Origin: an uncultured Solirubrobacterales bacterium
GTDB taxonomy: Bacteria; Actinomycetota; Thermoleophilia; Solirubrobacterales; 70-9
Length of the DNA: 64,000 nt
NCBI GenBank assembly: GCA_963823565.1
Contig: CAWGLR010000002.1
Span: forward strand, 102,978 to 166,977
Direction of reading: 5' to 3'
Part shown: one piece after another, positions 58,156 to 64,000 of the stretch
How positions within the stretch are numbered: the first letter of the stretch is position 1
How the letters are laid out: each line of letters opens with the position of its first letter
The notes under the pieces: model-generated
Told to the model about the DNA's origin: nothing
Databases searched by the model: none
Seen by the model: only the letters and a program-made list of their open reading frames with translations
Program-made: the position numbers and the translations under genes

Positions 58156-59645
58156 GACTGCCTCCTGCGCATCGAGAGCGCCCGGTCGATGTGCTCGCCG
58201 GTCACCGACTCCGACCCGTCGAGGTCGGCGCAGGTCCGGGCGACCTTCAGCACCCGGCTCCAGCCGCGGCCGCTGAGGCCGAAGCTCGCATGCCCCACGG
58301 CCAGCGCCTCGGCGCCGTCGGCGTCCGGCTGGGCGTGCAGGGCCAGCTCCGGCTCGGTCATCGACGCGTTCGCCCGGCCCGGTCCGAGCCGGGCCGCGGC
58401 GACCTCCCGGGCCACCGCAACCCGCGCGGCGATCGCCGCCGAGCCCTCGCCGGGGTCGCCCGCCAGCTCCTCCGCCGTCGGTTGGTCGACCGCCATCGAG
58501 AGGTCGAACCGGTCCGCCAGCGCCCCGGACAGCCGCGCCTCGAAGGCGCGGATCTGATCGGGCCGGCAGCGGCACCGGGGCGAATCCTCGCCGTGCCCGC
58601 AGGGGCACGGATTGGCCGCGGCGACGATCTGGAACCGTGCCGGCATCGTCACGCTGCCGCGGGCGCGAGCGATCGTCACCCGCCCGTCCTCGAGCGGCTG
58701 GCGCAGCGCCTCGAGCGTGGTCCGACCGAACTCGCCGAGCTCGTCGAGGAAGAGGACCCCGCGGTGTGCGAGCGTGATCTCGCCCGCCCGCGGCGGCGAG
58801 CCCCCGCCGACGAGGCCCGCCGGCGAGATCGTGTGGTGCGGCGCCCGGAACGGCCGGCCGCAGAGGGTGCCATCGGGCGGCGGCCTGCCGGCGACGCTGG
58901 CGATCCGCGTCACCTCGATCGCCTCGGCCCGGGTCAGCGGCGGCAGGATCGATGGCAGCCGGCGTGCCGCCAGCGACTTGCCGGCGCCCGGAGGACCGAC
59001 GATCAGGAGCCCGTGACCGCCGGCGGCCGCGACCTCCATCGCGCTGCGAAGCGAGGCCTGTCCGCGCAGGTCCTCCATGTCGGGGAGATCGACGATCGGC
59101 GGCGGCGCGGCGGGGCGCGGCGGCGAGAGCGGCTCCAGCTCCCCCCGCGCGAGCGCCGCGAGATCGCCGAGCGAGCGGAGCGCGGCGACCGGGAGCCCCT
59201 CGACGAGGCCGGCCTCGCCGGCGTTCGCGGCCGAGACGGCGATGCCGGAGCCCGTGTGCGCCGCCCGCTCGGCCATCGCGATGACGCCGGGCAGCGAGCG
59301 GATCGACCCGTCGAGCGCGAGCTCGCCGGCGAGCCACCACCCCCCGAGCGCCTCGGCCGGGATCTGCTCGGAGGCGCAGAGGATGGCCGCGGCGATCGCG
59401 ACGTCGAAGCCGGGGCCCGCCTTGCGCAGGTCCGCCGGCGCGAGGCTCGCGGTGATCCGCTTCAGCGGGAAGTCGAAGCCGCTGTTGACGATCGCGGCGC
59501 GCACCCGCTCGCGCGACTCGCGCACCGCAGGGTCCGGCAGGCCGACGAGCGAGAAGGCAGGCAGGCCGCGGTGGATGTCGATCTCGACGTCGACGGGCAG
59601 CGCGTCGACGCCGTGGAGGGCGAACGTCCGGGTCCGGGCGAGCAT
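58152..59645 (-). CDS. comM: YifB/ComM-family Mg-chelatase-like AAA+ ATPase
   Basis: 497 aa from MLARTRTFALHGVDALPVDVEIDI. Walker A (IVGPPGAGKSLAAR), Walker B (GVLFLDELGEF) and PCPCGH zinc-ribbon-like motifs. Confidence 0.92.
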   Translation of the reverse strand: MLARTRTFALHGVDALPVDVEIDIHRGLPAFSLVGLPDPAVRESRERVRAAIVNSGFDFPLKRITASLAPADLRKAGPGFDVAIAAAILCASEQIPAEALGGWWLAGELALDGSIRSLPGVIAMAERAAHTGSGIAVSAANAGEAGLVEGLPVAALRSLGDLAALARGELEPLSPPRPAAPPPIVDLPDMEDLRGQASLRSAMEVAAAGGHGLLIVGPPGAGKSLAARRLPSILPPLTRAEAIEVTRIASVAGRPPPDGTLCGRPFRAPHHTISPAGLVGGGSPPRAGEITLAHRGVLFLDELGEFGRTTLEALRQPLEDGRVTIARARGSVTMPARFQIVAAANPCPCGHGEDSPRCRCRPDQIRAFEARLSGALADRFDLSMAVDQPTAEELAGDPGEGSAAIAARVAVAREVAAARLGPGRANASMTEPELALHAQPDADGAEALAVGHASFGLSGRGWSRVLKVARTCADLDGSESVTGEHIDRALSMRRRQS

Positions 59646-59671
59646 GCGACCGACGCTAGGAAGGCCAGGCT

Positions 59672-59790
59672 CACGGGTGGGAAACGGCGTGTGCCGGTTC
59701 GCGCGCGGAAGGCGAAGGATTCGCAGCGCCCGGCGCCGAGAGACGCCGCGCTTCGGCGCGGCAATCGGCACACGGTGTCACCCACCGGTG
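59672..59790. promoter_or_regulatory. Structured comM/yraN divergent intergenic region: long imperfect inverted repeat enclosing a C(UUCG)G tetraloop hairpin
   Basis: Arms cacgggtgggaaacggcgtgtgccg (59672-59696) and cggcacacggtgtcacccaccggtg (59766-59790) match at 19 of 25 positions. Inner hairpins are gcgaa-gga-ttcgc (about 59712-59724) and gccgcgc-ttcg-gcgcggc (59745-59762). Confidence 0.5.
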
Positions 59791-59815
59791 ACGGCGCCGG
59801 CGCGACGATCCCCCA

Positions 59816-60208
59816 ATGCCCGCGCAGGTCCCGAGAACCGACCGCCGCCGCCGCACCGGCCTGATCGGCGAGGACGCGGCCTGCGCCGAGCTCGAGCGCG
59901 CGGGGATGCGGGTGATCGCGCGCAACTGCCGAACCCGGGCCGGCGAGCTCGACGCCGTCGCCCTCGACGGCGACGCGCTCGTCTTCGTCGAGGTGAAGAC
60001 GATGCGGACCGGCGTCCACGGCGGTCCCGAGCGCCCGGTCCTCGCCGTCGGGCCGCGCAAGCAGCTCCAGGTCCGGCGGCTGGCGCGGGCGTGGCTCGCC
60101 GAGGCCTCTCCCCCGCCCTACGAGCTGCTGCGCTTCGACGTCGTCGGCGTCCTCCTCGATCCGGGCGGGCAGCCGCTGGCGATCGAGCACATCAGGGACG
60201 CGTTCTAG
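59816..60208 (+). CDS. yraN: YraN-family (UPF0102) endonuclease-like protein, encoded opposite to its usual neighbours
   Basis: 130 aa. GLIGEDAACAELERAGMRVIARNCRTRAGELDAVALDGDALVFVEVKTM...RFDVVGV is the YraN signature. Confidence 0.85.
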   Translation: MPAQVPRTDRRRRTGLIGEDAACAELERAGMRVIARNCRTRAGELDAVALDGDALVFVEVKTMRTGVHGGPERPVLAVGPRKQLQVRRLARAWLAEASPPPYELLRFDVVGVLLDPGGQPLAIEHIRDAF

Positions 60209-60232
60209 CAAGGCGACGGGTGGACGACCGAT

Positions 60233-60267
60233 GGTTCGTTTCTGTCGTTATCCGACAGAAACGAACC
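60233..60267. terminator. Bidirectional intrinsic-terminator-like hairpin between convergent yraN and rnhB
   Basis: Perfect 15-bp stem ggttcgtttctgtcg / cgacagaaacgaacc with loop ttatc. It lies about 25 nt past each stop codon. There is no U-tract, so it is I-shaped, as is common in high-GC actinobacteria. Confidence 0.7.
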
Positions 60268-60294
60268 GCGGAGGTGGCCGGCGGCGCCTCAGCC

Positions 60295-61074
60295 CTACGC
60301 CCCGAGCTCGAGCTGCAGATACGCGGTGCTCGCAAACGACCGCCGGTGCAGGCGGTTGACGCCGAGGCGCTCGATCGCCTCGCGGTGGTCGGGCGTCGAG
60401 TAGCCGACGTTGCCGGCGAAGTTCCAGCCGGGGTAGGTCTCCTCCGCCCGGCGCATGTAACGGTCGCGGGTGACCTTTGCGATGACCGACGCGGCGGCGA
60501 TTGCGGCGCTGCGGGCATCGCCGTCGACGACGGCCTCGTGCTCGACCCGGCAGCGGGAGCCGAGGCGAAAGCCGTCGCTGAGGCACTTGGCGCCGGGGAT
60601 GGCGACGCGGCCGAGACAGTCGGCGAGCGCATTGAGGTTGGTCACGTGCAGGCCGCGCGAGTCGATCCCGCCGGCGCAGCGGGCGGTCACGGCGATCCGG
60701 GTCGCCGCTGCGACGACGGCCGGGTAGAGCCGCTCACGCTCCTCCTCCGTCTTGCGCTTGGAGTCGTCGAGCCCCGCCAGCGACTTGCGGACCTCCGGCG
60801 TCAGGCAGGAGTAGTCGAGCAGGACGCCGGCGGCGACGAGCGGACCGGCGAGCGAGCCGCGCCCGGCCTCGTCGGCTCCCGCGACGAAGCGGTGGCCGAA
60901 GGACTGGTCGAAGCGAAAGAGCCAGGCGGTGCGGCGGCCGTCGGGCCGGCGCCTGCGGCGCTTCGGCTTAGAAGACTCCGATTCGCTTCGGGGGCCAATA
61001 GGTGGCGAAGGCCTTGCCGATGATCCAGTCTTGGGGGATGGGTCCCCAGAAGCGGCTGTCGTCGGAGTGTCCAC
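60295..61074 (-). CDS. rnhB: Ribonuclease HII
   Basis: VAGADEAGRGSLAGPLVAAGV, DDSKRKTEEERERL and AASVIAKVTRDRYM motifs. The only in-frame start is the GTG at 61074, which gives a 107-nt overlap with lepB and a basic Pro/Ser/Arg-rich N-terminal extension. Confidence 0.85.
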   Translation of the reverse strand: MDTPTTAASGDPSPKTGSSARPSPPIGPRSESESSKPKRRRRRPDGRRTAWLFRFDQSFGHRFVAGADEAGRGSLAGPLVAAGVLLDYSCLTPEVRKSLAGLDDSKRKTEEERERLYPAVVAAATRIAVTARCAGGIDSRGLHVTNLNALADCLGRVAIPGAKCLSDGFRLGSRCRVEHEAVVDGDARSAAIAAASVIAKVTRDRYMRRAEETYPGWNFAGNVGYSTPDHREAIERLGVNRLHRRSFASTAYLQLELGA

Positions 61075-61582
61075 GGTTGTCGCCCATCATGAAGTACGTG
61101 TCCTCCGGAATCGTGACCTCTCTCGGCAAATTGCAGCCTTGTCCGCCGCCGCAGGGGTTGATGAAGTCGTCCTCGATGCGCTCGCCGTTGACGATCGCGT
61201 GTCCGTCGACCACCTTCAGCGTGTCCCCGGGGGTGGCGACGACACGCTTGATGAAGTTCTCGTCCTGGTGCTCGTCGACCGCCTCGATGCAGACCTGGTC
61301 CTCGGGGTGAGGCTCTCCGCAGCGCTCGCTCTCGGCGCCCTCGGGCGGGTGGAAGACGACGATGTCGCCGATCTGGGGGTCGCTGAAGTGGTACCCCACG
61401 CGCTGGACCAGGACCCGCTGGCCGGTCTCGAGCGTCGGCTTCATCGAGCCCGACGGGATCACGTAGGGCTTGACGACGAAGGCCTGGATGACGAGCGCGA
61501 GGCCGACGGCGAACGCGACGATCAGCACGAGCTCGACGACCGCGCCGAGCGTCGACTTGGGCCGCGGCAACTTCATCCTCAA
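60968..61582 (-). CDS. lepB: Signal peptidase I
   Basis: 204 aa. TM span VELVLIVAFAVGLALVI, catalytic SGSMKPTL, KRVVATPGD and GDNRGHSDDSRFWG boxes. Confidence 0.92.
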   Translation of the reverse strand: MRMKLPRPKSTLGAVVELVLIVAFAVGLALVIQAFVVKPYVIPSGSMKPTLETGQRVLVQRVGYHFSDPQIGDIVVFHPPEGAESERCGEPHPEDQVCIEAVDEHQDENFIKRVVATPGDTLKVVDGHAIVNGERIEDDFINPCGGGQGCNLPREVTIPEDTYFMMGDNRGHSDDSRFWGPIPQDWIIGKAFATYWPPKRIGVF

Positions 61583-61591
61583 CCGGGACGG

Positions 61592-62281
61592 CTAAGCGTC
61601 CGGCTTGGTCCCGTCGTCCTCGGAGTCTTCGTCCTCGGACTCCGCGGTTGCTCCCTCGCTCGATTCGCTCTGGTCGCCCCCCTCGTCTTCCTCGGAGGCC
61701 TCGCCGGCCGCATCCGCCTCGGCTGAGGGCTCGGACTCGTCGCCAGCGGGCTCCTCCGCGGTCTCCTCGCCGGCCTCGGCCTCCTCGGCCGGGATCTCGG
61801 CGAGCTCCGTCTCCTCGTCGACGGCCTCCGCGTCCCCGGACGCTGGGACGGCCTGCGGAGCCTCGACCTGGGTGGTGCCCTCGGCGTCGACCGCGCCGTC
61901 CTCGGCGGTGTCGAGGACCTCCTCGGCGTCGGCGATGCCCCAGCGCCGCTCGGCGACCCGGGCGGCCTTGCCGACCCGGTCGCGCAGGTAGTACAGCTTG
62001 GCGCGCCGGACGGCGCCCCGGCTCGCGACCTCGAGCGCCTCGATCTTCGGCGAATGCAGGGGGAACGTCCGCTCGACCCCGACGCCGAAGCTCTGCTTGC
62101 GGACCGTGAACGTCTCGCGGACGCCGCTGCCCTGGCGCTTGATCACGACGCCCTCGAAGACCTGGGTGCGGGTGCGGTTTCCCTCGATCACCTGGAAGTG
62201 GACGCGGACGCGGTCGCCGGGCGCGAAGCGCGGGCGCTTCTGCAGCTGCTCCTGCTCGATGCTCTGGATGATCGTGCTCAT
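61592..62281 (-). CDS. rplS: 50S ribosomal protein L19 with long acidic C-terminal extension
   Basis: The first ~117 aa form the L19 core ([35 protein letters not shown]...RRAKLYYLR). About 110 further residues are D/E/A/S-rich low complexity. Confidence 0.93.
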   Translation of the reverse strand: MSTIIQSIEQEQLQKRPRFAPGDRVRVHFQVIEGNRTRTQVFEGVVIKRQGSGVRETFTVRKQSFGVGVERTFPLHSPKIEALEVASRGAVRRAKLYYLRDRVGKAARVAERRWGIADAEEVLDTAEDGAVDAEGTTQVEAPQAVPASGDAEAVDEETELAEIPAEEAEAGEETAEEPAGDESEPSAEADAAGEASEEDEGGDQSESSEGATAESEDEDSEDDGTKPDA

Positions 62282-62390
62282 GTGAAGTCTTGCCTCGGGG
62301 CGTGTGTGGGCGGGCCCGATCGCCGCCGCTCGCGGCGGTACCGGCGCCCGCGGGGACCGAAGATCCGGTCGCGCGGGTCGCGAATAGTAG

Positions 62391-63068
62391 CTAAGCGCCC
62401 TTCGCTTGACCCTCGCCCCGCTCGCGGCTGCGGGCGAGCCGCCATTGCCGCACGCGCTCGTGATCGCCCGAGACCAGCACGTCGGGGATTCCCCAGCCGC
62501 GGTAGACCGCCGGGCGCGTGTAATGCGGGTACTCGGGATCGCCCTCGAGCGCCGCCGAGAACGACTCCTCGTGGGCGCTGTCGGCGTGCCCGAGGGCCCC
62601 GGGCAGCTTCCTCAGCACCGCATCGGCGACGACCATCGCCGCCAGCTCGCCGCCGGCGAGCACGTAGCGCCCGATCGAGATCGAGTCGGTGACGAGGTGA
62701 TCTCGCACCCGCTCGTCGACCCCCTCGTAGCGGCCGCAGAGCAGGGCCAGCTCCGGCTCCGCCGCAAGCTCACTCGCCAGCTCCTCGTCGAACATCCGCC
62801 CCGAGGGAGTCAGCAGGACGATCCGCTTGCCGCTGCGGTCGTCGCCGTACGCGGCCTGGAGGGCCGCATCGACGACGTCGACCCGCATCACCATCCCGGC
62901 GCCGCCCCCATAGGGCGAGTCGTCGACCTGGCCCGCGCTCAGCGGCGTCGTCGCCCGGTAGTCGAAGAAGCGCATCTCGCTCCCCGCCGCGATCGCGTTG
63001 CGGACGTGGCGCTGGCTCTGGAACCACTCGAACCACTGCGGGAAGAGGGTGAAGACGTCGAGTCTCAT
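62391..63068 (-). CDS. trmD: tRNA (guanine37-N1)-methyltransferase
   Basis: 225 aa. [41 protein letters not shown] and [16 protein letters not shown] motifs. Confidence 0.95.
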   Translation of the reverse strand: MRLDVFTLFPQWFEWFQSQRHVRNAIAAGSEMRFFDYRATTPLSAGQVDDSPYGGGAGMVMRVDVVDAALQAAYGDDRSGKRIVLLTPSGRMFDEELASELAAEPELALLCGRYEGVDERVRDHLVTDSISIGRYVLAGGELAAMVVADAVLRKLPGALGHADSAHEESFSAALEGDPEYPHYTRPAVYRGWGIPDVLVSGDHERVRQWRLARSRERGEGQAKGA

Positions 63069-63175
63069 CGCGGGAGTGAGCGTACGTGAGCGACATTCAA
63101 CGTCGATCCTGCCTAAGTGCGCTGGTCAGGTCCCGGCCGAACCGGAGGCGAAGCGGAGGATTCGGCCGGAGTTGC

Positions 63176-63406
63176 CTAGTCGAGGATGTCCACGATGACC
63201 CTGCGGTCATCGCGTGAGCCCGCCGCCCGGGCGACCGTGCGGATCGCGTTGGCGATCCGGCCGCCGCGGCCGATCACCCGGCCGAGGTCGTCGTCGGCGA
63301 CGGAGACCTCGAGGACGAGGTCCTCGTCCTCGTCGAACTCCTCGACCTCGACCTGGTCGGGGTGCTCGACAAGGGAGCGGACGAGGAATTCGACCAGCTC
63401 GCGCAT
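63176..63406 (-). CDS. KH-domain RNA-binding protein (YlqC/UPF0109)
   Basis: 76 aa. LGRVIGRGGRIANAIRTV carries the KH GxxG loop. Canonical position after rpsP. Confidence 0.87.
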   Translation of the reverse strand: MRELVEFLVRSLVEHPDQVEVEEFDEDEDLVLEVSVADDDLGRVIGRGGRIANAIRTVARAAGSRDDRRVIVDILD

Positions 63407-63419
63407 CGGCGGTACCCGG

Positions 63420-63677
63420 CTAGGAGCCGGCGCGAGTGGAGACGTCCTGGGTCCGAAGCAGCTTGGCGACGGTGGGGCTCGGCTGAGCGCCCTTGTCGAG
63501 CCAGTGCTTGGCGCGCTCGGCGTCGATCACGATCTGCGAGGGCTCCGTCTGCGGGTTGTAGCTGCCGATCGTCTCGATCGTGCGACCGTCGCGCGGCGAG
63601 CGCTTGTCGGCGACGACGATGCGCCAGATCGGGTTCTTCGAGGAGCCCGCTCGTCTGAGTCTGATTCGTACTGCCAT
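63420..63677 (-). CDS. rpsP: 30S ribosomal protein S16
   Basis: 85 aa, [42 protein letters not shown]. Confidence 0.95.
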   Translation of the reverse strand: MAVRIRLRRAGSSKNPIWRIVVADKRSPRDGRTIETIGSYNPQTEPSQIVIDAERAKHWLDKGAQPSPTVAKLLRTQDVSTRAGS

Positions 63678-63725
63678 GGAACGGCGGCGCAGGTTACAGG
63701 TGGCGGGAGTCGGCCGCCAGCCGCC

Positions 63726-64000
63726 CTAGCGGCGGCGGCGCCCGCCGAGCTGCCCCTGCAGCATCGCCTCGGGGTTGGGCATCTTGCCCGATGCCATCGC
63801 GCGCATCATCTTCCGCATCTGCTCGAACTGCTTGGTGAGCTGCTTGACCGCCTGGACGTTGGTCCCCGAGCCGGCGGCGATCCGGCGCCGGCGCGAGCCG
63901 CGGATCACGTCCGGGTTGGCCCGCTCCTCGGGGGTCATCGAGAGGATCATCGCCTCGAGCCGGTCGAGCTCGCGGTCGTCGAGGTTGGCGCTCTTGAGCT
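63726..64000 (-). CDS. ffh: Signal recognition particle protein Ffh, 3' end (gene continues beyond the window)
   Basis: M-domain C-terminus [48 protein letters not shown]. The frame stays open to the window edge. Confidence 0.9.
   Translation of the reverse strand, partial: LKSANLDDRELDRLEAMILSMTPEERANPDVIRGSRRRRIAAGSGTNVQAVKQLTKQFEQMRKMMRAMASGKMPNPEAMLQGQLGGRRRR

Noticed and set aside
57037-59340. 767-aa ORF upstream-extended from dprA (and the similar 59077..61023 plus-strand 648-aa ORF)
   Set aside because: The N-terminal part overlaps comM out of frame and is Arg/Gly/Pro-rich. The DprA similarity starts at the GTG at 58155, which overlaps the comM stop.

Overview
This is a high-GC chromosomal segment of Actinomycetota type. 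The gene order and protein flavour suggest a deep actinobacterial or Thermoleophilia-like lineage, but that is inference only.

Most of the window is minus-strand housekeeping synteny.
- Left block: argJ'-argC-pheT-pheS-trmH-rplT-rpmI-[two DegT aminotransferases]-infC-thrS.
- Right block: EF-G paralog, FliA/WhiG-type sigma, xerC, L,D-transpeptidase, epimerase and plsC-like gene, then thiD-dprA-comM-(yraN, inverted)-rnhB-lepB-rplS-trmD-KH-rpsP-ffh'.
- Centre: ettA, a GNAT/ADP-forming acyl-CoA synthetase fusion, ppsA, ilvD, a PfkB kinase, a PadR regulator, an SF2 helicase, a GGDEF+HD-GYP membrane protein and an orphan beta-class DNA methyltransferase.
- Accessory stretch (about 22.7-31.5 kb): it carries tRNA-Val and tRNA-Cys and is rich in secreted or Tat-exported hydrolases. 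These are a CocE/NonD peptidase, a phospholipase C, an RTX-type Ca-binding protein, a Vgb-like propeller and a PI-PLC-like protein.

Three tRNAs are present (Val-GAC, Cys-GCA, Gly-GCC). I found no rRNA, CRISPR array, transposase, phage integrase or recognisable defence system.

The most conspicuous signal is technical or evolutionary. Reading-frame disruptions are strongly clustered in three blocks (about 1-2750, 23870-26520 and 39290-47160), and essential genes such as pheT are hit while long flanking genes are perfectly intact.

Biological oddities worth a second look:
- two DegT aminotransferases sit inside the infC-rpmI-rplT operon, and one has a displaced PLP lysine
- a collagen-like GXY protein
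- ribosomal protein L19 with a roughly 110-aa acidic tail
- an inverted yraN with a structured leader
- a MoaD-like Gly-Gly-terminated protein next to thiD
- a tRNA-Val with C at position 33
- rimM is absent from its canonical slot

I did not find a convincing novel multi-gene system. The candidates below are modest.
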